In this document: positions 1 through 11,832 of the stretch, piece by piece | How the letters are laid out: every line of letters begins with the position of its first letter | Numbering within the stretch: position 1 is the first letter of the stretch | Origin: Perna viridis | Lineage: Eukaryota | NCBI GenBank assembly: GCA_037379345.1 | Contig: CM074516.1 | Location: 14,942,001 to 15,006,000 of the forward strand | Direction: 5' to 3' | Length of the DNA stretch: 64,000 bases | Position numbers and translations under genes: made by a program | The notes under the pieces: model-generated | The model's input: only the letters and a program-made list of their open reading frames with translations | What the model was told of the DNA's origin: nothing | Database searches by the model: none

Positions 1-699
1 TACAATGATGTAGAAATTACTAGATTATTTGACTGACATGTAAAACATTTTTTTGTCAACGTTTATAAATTCATTTCTTGAAGAAAATAGTATTTTTTTA
101 TAATTTAATATATATATATATAAAACCTTAAAGATTGCTAGATCAATGCATTTTTTTTCTATTTTCCTGGATATAAATGAGTCCGTAACCGGAAAAGTAT
201 TTGACGTCCACATTAAGCACATGCGCAGTAAAATAAATTTCGACCTGCCCCTTAGACACATTCATTTTTTAGTATGGCGTAAATGGCCGTGTAGTTCCGA
301 TTGGAACATGTATGCCAGCATTTCCGATCACACGCAAACTTCTGGTAAAACAGATTTTCAATCCCTAATTATCTGAAATGTGGTAATAGTTTTTTTATAG
401 ACTCTCATTCAGTAAAATTTAATTACTCCCGAAAGTGACATTGCAAATGGCAGCACTCAACCGACAATGTGACATGGTTGTCAGTTTCAATATTCAAAGT
501 ACAATGTATTTACGCTGTAACTTTATTATTTCAAAACTGTTGTTTTGAATATACAATGCCTAAATTGAGTGTAATAAAGCAGATGATACCGATTTAGGCC
601 TCTAAACGGCTCTATCTTTTGTCAAAGCAATGGTAGCCATGTTGCTTACGATTTGTACATTGAATTACACTGTCGTAAAAACTGTCGTCGCTGAGGTCA

Positions 700-1640
700 T
701 AAAAGGGGCTTTTCTAGAAATACTCGCCGAGTTGCTCATAAAAAAGCAAGTCCGGGATAGACGAAAGAGGATAAGAAAACTATGACACGTTGAACAAATC
801 AGTTTTCATGGAGCAGATGGATACACCGTAACGATCCAAAAATTCATGATGACGACCATAAAACTTCTGTAGTGATGACTTCAATCTTGTAGCGACATAA
901 TCCTGTTCCAGAAGCCCAATTATAAGAATTCTAGCGCGATACAAAATGTCTACGTAGTTACGGCAAGCTCTGGCATAACGTATGGGTTGTGATATAAAAA
1001 AAACTCCTTACTCAGGTACTGAAGGCATGTTGCTACAGATAAAAGGAAAGTTGACAGTTCTGAATGAAAAGTCATCACGTTTGTCATAATGTTTTGTCAA
1101 TTGTTTCCCTTACCACCAATATCTATGTGTAGGTCAAGATATGAAACTGACTTCACAGTGTCTGTAGTATCCTTCATCTCAAGTTCTTTGGGGTACATGT
1201 AGATGCGATGTATCAAATGCCCATAACTAGGATTGTTAAACTATAATACATCATCTATAAAGCGGAAACTGAGATTAAAGGATTTAGCTAAACGATGTTC
1301 TTTCGGATCCAATCAGCTATAAAATAAGACTCATAAGAGTGAAAGAATAGGTCAGCAAGTAGAGGAGCACAATTTGTTCTCATTGAAATGCCGATATTTT
1401 GTTGAAAAAAAAAACGCGTCCATCACACTGGACAAATATGTTTTCGATAAAAAATTCCAGCATTTTGAAAACATCTTCTTCAATATATTTGAAAGATAAT
1501 TTGGAATTATTTTTTACAAAGTATCAGGAATCTCTACCAAGAAATATATATTTGTATCTAACTGTACCATCCTTTTGACAACGATGTATAATATTTTTGA
1601 TTCGAGACTTTAACTGAGTATGGGGAAAGAAGTATAATTT
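700..1640 (-). pseudogene. Penelope-like retroelement reverse transcriptase remnant
   Basis: Decayed motifs such as MLEF.IENIFVQ, FRF/YIDDVL, PKELEMKDTTDT..SYLDL, IRYARACRNY, KFYGRHH. Homologous to the copy at 52190-53600. Many stops and frameshifts. Confidence 0.85.
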
Positions 1641-2899
1641 CAGGGAAATGCCACTCGTTTTATTTTTCGTTGTTTATATTTAAAGCAGGGCCTAAATTTT
1701 CGCGAAATGAAAAGGCACCTAGAAAATTCGGTCCTTTCCCCAATAAAAATCAAATGGTTGGTACATGTAGTCAACTGAAAGGTCAAGAAAACTATGACGA
1801 TAGGTTACATAAATTGGCTATAGCCATTAGCGGGTCCAGCAAATCACTTTAGGAGGATGAACACATTTCAATGCAAGCATTTACACAACAAAATACGCTA
1901 TTTTCATTTTTTTCAAATTTATAAGCCCAAACCCCCCATTGGAATCGCCTATGAAAGTCCTGTCTCATAAACAAAATATGCACCAACTGAAGCCCTTCGT
2001 AATGAGAATACAGCCATTGCAATCATAGGTTTTCGGAAAAATTAGTTACATTTGGATAAATAAACGAAAAATACATACATGTATATAAATATCATTGCAC
2101 GAATCGATAAATGTATTAAGCCTTTTGCGTTTATAAGCAACATGGAAGAAGTGCTTTCGAAATAAACGTTTCAGGTGAAGATTTCTTCATTACCACATTT
2201 CATTATAATACTACAAATGTACATGTAATAATAATAAAAATGACATGTAATAAACGTTAGCACGACATAAATAGCGGCAGCAAACCGATCTTGGCTATGG
2301 TCTGCACTTGTGAAAAAATTTTGATATCGTGCCTTTTTATGGTTAAAAAAAAGCCACCTATGATAGTGTGGAAACCTCCTTTTTGGAACCCCTTTTCCAA
2401 ACTTTCTGAATCGGCCGCACCAGGAACAAAAGTACAGAGAAAGGACATCGCCAATCTTTCAATCAATTATATGAACGAGCTCTAATTTCATCGAGCCTCA
2501 ACGGAATATAGACTTGGGAAAGGGGAAAGTGTAGCGTTTGTAACGATGCCCTTTAATATTTTTTTCACATACCCAATGTATCAAATAGATAAATATACTT
2601 TACTGTACAAAGGGAGATAATCATGAAACGCGTGGTGTGATTTAATTTGCCAAAAAAAAAGTAAAATATAAAAGTGCATTTTGAAAAAAGGGGTAACTTA
2701 TACGTATATACATGTACTTACATATAGAAGTCAAACTTTGGCATGGGGCATTAAAAATGTTGAAGTCTTGGTCACTGTTTTAAACTATCTCAAATTCATT
2801 ATCTTATTTCTACCGTTCTAGAACAATTTACATGTGTATTACACGTAGGATAGCATTTCTTCTAATACATGGCAATACATGTAAGAAGTCAGTTACTAG

Positions 2900-3483
2900 C
2901 ACAGGGGCTCGGTGAAATGTATTTTAAGAAACATATATGCTCGCTAGGCAATGGGAACCTCGGAAAAGGTCAAAAGGGAATTTACGTGTTGCTTACTGTC
3001 TTTTTACAAATTGGATTTTTTCTCGCCTTTTGGCTAATTTTTGATACCAAAATTGAGTTCATACGTAACGGTTCTCTTTCTGTAATAAACCTCCCCTACA
3101 GTCTAAACTTCTCTTTCAACATAGATTTTTCCTAGTTTTTTAACCAGATACCAGAAGACGGACACCTACTATGACCGGAAGTGAAGGTATTGGCGCTCGG
3201 TATTGTCTAAAATATTCATTCTTAGGGTATGTTCTTTACCAGAAATGAATGAAACGTACTTTTCCACATCTCATGCATGCAATTTTCATTTCTTAACTCA
3301 CCGTAAGAATGTATATTTTAGCAAAACATTATTTGGGTCGGTACTGGTACGTGTACTGGTTAAAAAATCCGATTTGTAAAAAGGCGGTAATCTACTCGTT
3401 AATTCCCTTTTGACTTTTTCCGAGGTTCCAATTACCTAGCGAGCATATATGTTTCTTAAAATACATTTCACCAAGCCACTGTG
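2900..3483. mobile_element. Non-autonomous TIR element (MITE), P-element-like (CA...TG ends, 7-bp TSD)
   Basis: ~120-bp imperfect TIRs (2900-3021 / 3362-3483), termini CACAG...CTGTG, flanked by direct TTACTAG at 2893-2899 and 3484-3490. Mirror copy at ~31438-32021. Confidence 0.85.
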
Positions 3484-3609
3484 TTACTAGTAAACAAATC
3501 AACCATATATATTGATAAATTTATGTTAAGTTACAGCTGTTGAACAGTCTGAATGGTACATGTAAGCATACCACAGTGATCTTTCTTGGCCTGAACGTCG
3601 AACCAGAAT

Positions 3610-3830
3610 ATGGTTTGTGTAAAAATACTGATGAAAAATTACAGATATCTAGTTCTTAGATTATAAAAATGTTAAGGAAAAGCATAAAATAGAAGATTTT
3701 GCATTGTGATGCAGCGTTTCGATTTCCTGGAAGCAAACCATAAAATGCAGATCGGTCCTCGGATTTCAATACGTTCTGCATTGGAAATTCCGGAACAGAA
3801 ACTGAACTAGAACGAGACTTACAAATCCTA
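3610..3830 (-). repeat. Interspersed repeat, diverged copy also at ~50650-50870
   Basis: Shared blocks ttgtaagtctcgttctagtt...aacgtattgaaatccga.gaccgatctgcatttta (31098-31180 in the mirror vs 50661-50745). Confidence 0.7.
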
Positions 3831-6479
3831 TTCCAGCAATACTATTCTGGTTGGCCAACAATATTAATTTATTAAAACACACTCGTTACTTACTCGCTAA
3901 GTGCTCAATAAATACACAATTGTCCACACACATGGAGTCGCGATGAAAATGTCCAGGAAATGACAAGAAAGAGTCACATAGTTTTAATTAGCACTCCAGC
4001 TAAGAATCATTGATATTTTGTTTGAATTGCCATAGTAAACAAAAAATAACATTCGGTTTTTCTTTAAATTATATAGAATGCACTTTTGATTTCAAAATTA
4101 AGGAAGATAACTCTGCGAAAGACACTCAAATACAAAAGAATCTATTGGATTTTCAATGTTGATTACCTTCTATGAGCAGACAGATGGGAATGAATAATTA
4201 CACATTTCACAATATAGACTCATAAAACAACTTAATTACAAAAATAGAAATATGTAGCTCTTTTTTTGGTGTATCACATTTTTCAGATTTTGCATGATGC
4301 TTACATTGACTACTACTTAAGCATTCTCAGTCTTTATTAGCACGTCACTTAAAAATTTTCATATGGCTACGAAAGAACAAGCAGGGATCGATTAAATAAG
4401 TATGGAATGTAACTTTATCTTACATATAAAGCTTCCAATTGAACAGATAACCTTCACGGAACAAATTAATAATTAAATAAGTCTTATTTAGAGTGGGAAT
4501 AAAATGATCATACATATATATGTAATAAGAAGCACGAGCTCTGGTGAGCTTTCGACCGACATAAGACGGAACTTAATTCAGTCCCTAGCAAGCCTATAAG
4601 GTTGCGGAGTGATATGTATACATCAGGTCTGCGGAGGATATTTGATGTGGAAGGGTATACAGGCTTGTGGAATAAAATGTTGTAAATCGGAAGCAACTAT
4701 GTAGATACAATACAATTTGTCGCGTAAAGATGAATTAATTTAGCAAAAGTGAATGTATATTTGAAAGTATTTATTCTCTTGCCGTGTGTTATGTTGGGAC
4801 CAGGATTGTAGCTTTTACTGGTACCAGTAAAGCAGGGCTAGTCTTTCCCCATAACGACATGTAAATAGGCAGTCTAACTTTTGTCATCTTGCCATATTCT
4901 GTTCATGCAATTACTTTTCACTGTGGCCGTATTTTACATCTAAATTTAGTGTTTTTCGACACAAAATGAATCTTTGATAATAGTCCCTTTTATCATTTGG
5001 TGTCAATGGTGGGTGTTACCGTCTTAATTTCAGACAGTAACTCAACTCCCACTTATATAAGTCAACGATAGTAATGTTCATTACAAAACTTCCGGCTCTA
5101 AATACCAGTCGTTTCATTGAATCTATATAATAATCCAGGCCCTTCGTCAATACATTTTATTGAGAGGTACAAATCTACCCTCAGGTTTTTTCTTCAGCGC
5201 ATTATATGCACATGATACCTCAGGTCCGTCTTCAAGACATTATGTACATAGTTATATTATCTCAGGTCCTTCAATACCTATGTATAGGTTACGTTTGGTA
5301 TCTAACTTATTCTGATTTGGAAACTATTTTAAGCGCACTTTTTGTGTGCGATGCGGCAAGGTTACCTGGGGAAACTCTGTACTTGGAAGCCATCCAACGA
5401 CTGTTGCTTGCAGTTATAGGGTTGTTGACGAGATTGTCAAAATGCATTGTTCATGGATTTTGTACATTTTATTTCATTGTATTACCTTTACACAGTATGA
5501 TATAATTACGTAATATCCCAAGGACAGATAGAACAAGATACTCCTTCAATGACAGTGCTTTGAATAAATGAAAATTATCTGATTTAATGTCTTTTATGTG
5601 CTTTATAAAGGTATTTGTTATTTATTCAATAATTTATTGTGTGTTATATTTCATGTATGGAGAAGACCTTGTGAGTTGAAATAACTCGTGTCTGATCCAA
5701 ATTTGTTTATTTGCAAATAAAAGATATTTAAACTAAAACTATGATGGTAAAGTGATTTGACCACAAATAAGAAAATATATTCAGTTGATCCACACTGAAT
5801 TATATACTCGATTACCTGAACTAAATTAAATATTACGGAACATCCCAGGTCTAACTCAAATATTCGGAATTAAAACAAAATAACATGAGCTTCTATTTTA
5901 AAGCTAGGAACAAAATGACGGAGGGTGGACAAGGAAAAATAAATCTTCTACGAAAAGAGAAAACGGGAATACCTAAAAGACTCAAATCAATTATAGCTCG
6001 TTCCATTTTGTTTCTCGTTTGAACATCTTTTTTCCCGTCGTCTTTTGTCAGAACAACATTACGAGAATGTTCCATTGAAAATACATTTCGCGTTTGGTCG
6101 TTGATAGTAAACGTCGACTGGCAGAATACTATTAGATCTTAGAAAAAAAAAGAATAACGAGGGCGGAGATGTAACTTAGCAAATCACTGTAAATGTAGCA
6201 GAGGCTTGTGACGTCATGATATCAGGGTGTTGAAGAAAATTTACATGCTGGAAATCACATTTTTACCAGAATTTTCCATTACGCCCATCATAGATCTTTC
6301 GGGAATAAACAAATATTGATATATGAGACTCCGATGACACGGTATTAGCAATAAATTCAGCGAAAAGACTTTTTCATGGGTACATTCTCGTGACATTGGA
6401 TATGCTTTGTACTTAATTTTATGATAGGACAGTACTTAGACATTATTGATTAAATTGTTATTGTTGAGAAAGGGAGGAA

Positions 6480-6784
6480 TGTATAATGATTTTAAGAATT
6501 AATATTGTCTATGTTAACTATAAATTGAATTATATGCATGTACGGGTAAACATGTACGGGTAAACTGGACACATAGAATGTTTATGTCCAGATTCACATT
6601 GATTGATGGATGTGTCTTATATAATTGAATAGTATATATATTTGAACATGTTGTATGTTCAGAGAGCTCGCTTTTACTCTTGAACATGTTGTATATTCGG
6701 AGAGCTCGCTTTTACTCTTGTAATAAACGTTACAGTCAGTTTTACTTGTCTTGGAATTATTCATCCGTACCAGATCCTACCACA
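6480..6784 (+). repeat. 5' LTR with 2 copies of a 38-bp tandem unit
   Basis: TGTATAATG...CTACCACA, TATA-like ttatataa ~6617, unit gaacatgttgtatattcggagagctcgcttttactctt x2, AATAAA 6722-6727. Immediately preceded by purine tract gagaaagggaggaa. Confidence 0.88.
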
Positions 6785-6790
6785 TATTTT

Positions 6791-6800
6791 TGGTGCCGTG
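6791..6800 (+). promoter_or_regulatory. Primer-binding site complementary to tRNA-His 3' end
   Basis: TGGTGCCGTG, 6 nt after the LTR end, is the reverse complement of ...CACGGCACCA (eukaryotic tRNA-His acceptor end). 10-nt match. Confidence 0.8.
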
Positions 6801-6860
6801 TCAGTTCGTTCCTGAAAGTAAGTCGCTTTAATGTTATGTTAGATTTTGTTTTCTGTTAAA

Positions 6861-7281
6861 ATGACTGACCAAAATCCAATTGATGGATTGACTGTACAAT
6901 CAGCTAGCTTGTCGAATTCAGTAAATGTACAAACAGTTCTTAACCGTATTAAACCTTTTTACGGGGATTCAAAAGATTTTAAAGGTTGGGTTAAGGCTCT
7001 AGAAAAACATGCTTTTATCAGTAAGATACCTGCTCATGAAATTAAACAATTAGCTGTCTTGACTTCTAAGGGTGATGTAAGTTACACTATTCAACGCAGG
7101 CTTACAAATTTTCCAGAAGAAACTTGGGAAGGGTTAAAGAAAGAAATGATACTGTTTCTGATGCTCATTTCGCGGTAAAAATGCTAAGAAGAATTAGGCA
7201 AAAACATGAGGAAAATGTTCAATTTTTTTCTGAAAGGTTAGTAAATTTGGCTGAGGAAGCATATGATGATCTGCCGGGGGG
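6861..7281 (+). pseudogene. gag: Gypsy-type gag (capsid) fragment, frameshifted and 3'-truncated
   Basis: IKPFYGDSKDFKGWVKALEK...TWEGLKKEM, then a frame change to DAHFAVKMLRRIRQKHEENVQFFSERLVNLAEEAY (Retrotrans_gag-like motifs). No nucleocapsid or pol follows. Mirror 27639-28059 (-). Confidence 0.85.
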
Positions 7282-7729
7282 AATTTTAATTTCAATAGTG
7301 AATGTATTATAGTCTTGTTATTGTCTACACACACTTTATTATGGTTGACTCAAACCAAGAATGGACTAAGATTCATGCTTCAAACAAATCATGTACCAAA
7401 TGTATTGCGGATAGCAAAATATTGATGTAAGGTTACATTTTTTATGTTCCTGATAAGTTGTGAAGTTATGGAACTAGAGAAAGTTTTTGCGAAAAATAAT
7501 TTAGTTGCAGTAGTGCGTGTTCATAGGTTCATAGGTCAAATATATTCTGGTCGATTTTTTTTTCTTCTGATGGTTTCTATAAAATCTTATTCTTTCTTTG
7601 ATATTCCCTAGATGCAAATTACTATTCACAGAACTTCACTTTTATTTTAATTGGTGCATACGTAATTTTATCTTTTGTTATTGTCAGCGCCATTTGTCGT
7701 TGCGTATATACGAGCAGTGGTCGGTTGTA

Positions 7730-7836
7730 TTTATTTAGTTGAAGCCGTTAGATATATGGCTCTATGGCAGTTTGCCGTTATTGTTTTATTTAGTTGAAGC
7801 CGTTAGATATATGGCTGTATGGCAGTTGGCCGTCAT
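7730..7836 (+). repeat. 55-bp tandem duplication inside the element
   Basis: tttatttagttgaagccgttagatatatggct.tatggcagtt.gccgt occurs twice (gaagc at 7741 and 7796). Confidence 0.9.
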
Positions 7837-8242
7837 TTGAACGTAGATAACGTTGTTTTTATGTTACAAGAGGTGACATTGTTGACCGAGGCAATAAGAA
7901 AACACAGAAATGCGTATGTAGTAATGAGGTGCATCGTGAAGTTTTGTGAAAAGTTATTAAGTTGCTCTGAATTGGTTATCCAGATTTTGATTTGGTGTTT
8001 CTTACCATTTAGTTATTTTAGGCATGTTTAGCGTGCTTAAATTTTGCCGAGCATACTTTCTTTTAAATGCATATATTTCATTGTTTTATTTTTTATTCAT
8101 TTTGAAATCATTAGTTATGTTTCCTTAAAGTTAACTAGAAAATGGTGGTTCAGATCGAATTCAGTTGAACTCGTTGGCATTTAGCCAAAGTTTTAGAAAT
8201 TATCTGTTGTTATAACATTGGGTTCGTGTATCATTTATGCAG

Positions 8243-9034
8243 ATGGCACCATCCTTTTGATCGTGTGATCCAGTCAAGTTGACGCTATTGGCAGCATATC
8301 TTATTCAACCCGGGAGAGGATTGCCGGACGTGAGCCAGACAGAGATCGATGAGGTGGAAGATCGCATGAGGCGATGGCAGAGAAGATATGGGCTGTGTGG
8401 TCGAAGGGAGACCCTCGCGCATTACCTGGCGGACAATGAAGCAATGTGGACCTGGCTGCACCGCCAGCCGACACCGACGACGATGGTAAACAGGGTGTTG
8501 AATGTGTTCATTCCCTTACACGAACTTTGTGTTATTTTCAGGAGTATTCTGCCTCCGGAAATTACAGGTATCATTTGGATGATGTCTCGTGGGGGTCATC
8601 CAGATCAGACGAAGGCTGAGCACAGGCGTCGGGTGCGAGATTGTAATTTTGAATTACAGATTGCGGTCGCGGCCTGTGTATCTTTCGATACTGATTTGGT
8701 TGATGAGCACTGCTTTCGGCCTGTGGCTATTCGGAGTCGCGTGGTATTCTTTCGGGCATACCATGGCATTCGGCGGAACAGACTGGCCATCAGGGAAGTG
8801 TACGAGGAGACCCTTCGCCATTGGGTGTCTCTCCACCACCCAAGAACAATTCACAAATTCCGTGAGTATTTGCGTGTTTCGGTACGGTTAAACACTTGTC
8901 GAGCCAACAGGTCCCATACTGCCAACCGCCTCCTGCTGCTGACCGCGGAACCATTTTGCGGACGCCGGCGTAATGATAGTAATGTGTTTCAACATTACTC
9001 TTTCCACTATACTAGTGTGACATTTGTCGAATAA
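8243..9034 (+). CDS. Orphan accessory ORF of the element (~263 codons, Arg/His/Cys-rich), premature TGA at codon 6
   Basis: Acceptor-like tttatgcag|ATG at 8243 is in frame with the 251-aa ORF: MAPSF*SCDPVKLTLLAAYL... GC content is markedly higher than the flanks. No family recognised. Confidence 0.65.
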
Positions 9035-9248
9035 AGAAATTGGTTTTTCCTACCATTCGTGTATTCTTTGTATTACTACTGATTTTAATTTTAGTTAGGC
9101 GTCACCCTCGCTTTCATGTTTGCGCCTTGTTATTATGGTCTTACTTTTGGAGTGGTTTAATTATTATGTCTGGCGCATATTTAGTCGTGTTCTTTTAATT
9201 GGTTAGTGTGTATAATTTTATTAGTTATTGGTCTTGTTTATTGTAGAG

Positions 9249-11243
9249 ATGGTGGTGTTCCATGTCGTTGTCTTCCTGCTCATTGGAAGTGGGGTAGGCG
9301 TTACGATTCATGAAAATGTAGTTTTCCAAAAGGTTAATACGGTCACCATGAGCAAGTCACAATGACTAGTTACGTTTGTCATAGATTTACAACCTTTTTA
9401 GTCCTTTCTAGATTCATTATCCATATATTTAGGTCAGGGTACCATTGCAGTTCGTCAAATGTTAAATTTAGCAGTTGATCGTACCAATCCTTTGTATGCG
9501 GAAGTGTTATCTGCTTATTCGTCACTTACTGTTGAAATTTCGAGATTAAATACTACTAAACAACTAATTCAAGATAGTTTCGTTGATTTTAGCATCTTAG
9601 GGGATAGAAGGAAAAGAAGCCTTATTCCAATCATAGGTAAAGCTTTAAGTTTTCTATTTGGTACAGTCTCTGAGTCTGATTTGAGTTCTGTTCGGCGCAG
9701 TATTGGTAATTTGGCCCGTAATCAAAACAAGATTACGCATGTAGTGTCCGAAAGTATCTCAATTTTAAATATTACGAGAAATGAGGTCTTCCAAAATAGG
9801 GAACGTTTGAATTCATTGGTCACTAAGTATAGGGGTCTCATAGGTCGTCTGCAAAACAATACTGAACTTTTAAAGAAACATATTGTAAGTGTAGAAAATT
9901 TCATGGTACTTAGTTTTCATTTGCGGGATTTAGTTAAAGAACTTCATTTTATGATTGAAAAAGGTTTAGTCTATTTAGATAATTTGAAACTTCAATTAAA
10001 CATGCTATCTTTAGGCCATTTATCACCATCACTTATTACACCTTCGGAGTTAAGACACCTATTACTGGACGTTCAAGGTCATTTACCTTCATTTTTACAA
10101 TTATCTTCCGATCCCAAAAAGGACTTGTGGAATTATTATAAATCTCTAACATGTTCAACTTTAATTCAAGATGATAAAATTTTAATTATTTTTTCTTTAC
10201 CTTTGCTTGATTATCAAGGAGAATTAGAAATTTTTCAGGCCCACAATTTACCTATTCCTATGATGTCTAATCGTATTGGTAGATTATCACTGATTGCGAA
10301 GTATAAATTAGAAAGTAATGCATTGGCAGTTAATAAGGCTAGAACGCAATATGTGTTGTTAACTTCAGATGAATTAAAACAATGTTCCAATCCATTAGTC
10401 GGATTTTGCAACATTAAAAGTCCAGTCTACCCAGTAAACTTAAGTAAGACATGTATCATTACTCCTTTCATGAAAAACAAAAATATCTTAAATACACGTT
10501 GCCAAACACTCATTTATCCTAATTCGATTCTACCTATGGCAGATCACATACGGGAAGGTCTTTGGGTAATAGCCACACAAAAAAAGATTAAGACTCTCTG
10601 TAGTTTGTCGTCATCCTTCCCAATTATCTACCACAAGAATAAATTCACCTATTGGATTAGAAAAGTTACAACTTCTTGTTCTGCTAATAGTGATTCTTTA
10701 ACACTTTTACCATATTACAAGGGTGAAGACCGTTTTCAAAGTTCACAACCATTAAAAAGATTAATTGAAATTTACAATGTGTCTGAATTCACAATATGGC
10801 ACCCTTTTCATTTAGCTTTGCCTAATGTTACTGTTGATGAGCTTCCTAACACATTGCAACATATGGAAACCATACCAATGGCGAATTTAATCAATCAGTT
10901 AAAAGATTTACGAACAATTGATACTAGTTTTCAAATTCCAAATTGGGGGTATGCAGGTATCTCATTGTTAACTGCCATATTAATTGGGGTTGGGATATTT
11001 TGTTATTGTCGACAAGCTCGTTTTTGCAGACATCCATGGTTGGCCAGAAAAAACAGAGGCAAGTCTGACGAACATGAAGCAGCTGAAAATGGATATAAAC
11101 TGGTCCCAACAATGTCGACAGATTCTGACTCTGGGTTACGTAATAGACGATACTGCGACTTAGACGAAAACAAAGTTGAACAAGTGGTCATGAAAACAGT
11201 CTCCAAGATATATTCTTCGTTCGAGACACAACACAATGGATAA
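9249..11243 (+). pseudogene. env: Envelope glycoprotein, baculovirus-F/errantivirus class I fusion type; disabled
   Basis: Signal peptide MVVFHVVVFLLIGSGVG from ATG 9249, in frame with the 594-aa ORF. Stops at 9363 (TGA) and 9399 (TAG). Furin site RRKR 9606-9617 followed by fusion peptide SLIPIIGKALSFLFGTV, heptad region, Cys-rich region, TM WGYAGISLLTAILIGVGIFCYC and cytoplasmic tail. Confidence 0.9.
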
Positions 11244-11309
11244 CAATTTTGCGGTGCTGCCAATTACCTGGAAGACGGCTATGGCAGCCTCACACAATGA
11301 ACGATACTA

Positions 11310-11550
11310 CATAATCATGGAGCGCAGTAGACGGTGTTAGTGAATTTGTAGCTGTATAACCGAACTTTTACAACTTGTAGTTGTATAACCGAACTTTTAC
11401 AATTTATAGCTGTATAATCGAACTTTTACATTATATAATCATGGAGCAGAGGAGAGCTGGAGCGCAGTTGACGGTGTTGGTGACTTTGTAACTGTATAAA
11501 CAAACGTTTACATTTGTAATCATGGAGCAGAGGAGAGCTGGAGCGCGGAT
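11310..11550 (+). repeat. Complex tandem repeats in element 3' UTR
   Basis: Units (tgtataaccgaacttttaca) x3 and (taatcatggagc...ggagcgc) x3. Confidence 0.85.
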
Positions 11551-11811
11551 GATTTGTAAATAAACTCATTGATCTGTTATTATATTATTGAACTTGATGT
11601 TCCAGTAACGATAGGATCGGAACTCATTTATCATCTTCATGCGGTGTCGGACATTGACATTCATCTTTATATAACTTTTCTCATTTGATTTGTGCCTAGT
11701 TTCTGGTGACGGATTTTTCAAAATAAACTTGACTGTCCACAATTAGGGAGTACTACCACAATGCAAGTACGGTTACCGGCCTGTTTGCTGAATTATCTAC
11801 GATAATTCTTT

Positions 11812-11830
11812 GAGAAAGGGAGGAAAAAAA
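11812..11830 (+). promoter_or_regulatory. Polypurine tract
   Basis: gagaaagggaggaaaaaaa directly before the terminal repeat. Same core as the tract at 6466-6479. Confidence 0.8.
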
Positions 11831-11832
11831 TA

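Noticed and set aside
3440-3483. CACAGTG heptamer at MITE end suggesting a RAG/Transib transposon
   Set aside because: The other end is CACAGGG, there is no clear nonamer, and the TSD is 7 bp rather than 5 bp.
4700-6170. Possible decayed coding region (ORFs 5206..5505, 5893..6075)
   Set aside because: No recognisable motifs or consistent splice structure.
7819-8031. 70-aa ORF as a further accessory gene
   Set aside because: It starts inside a tandem duplication and has no recognisable motif, so the evidence is insufficient.
9459-11243. 594-aa ORF as an intact or domesticated env
   Set aside because: The signal peptide is cut off by two in-frame stops and there is a probable internal frameshift pair.
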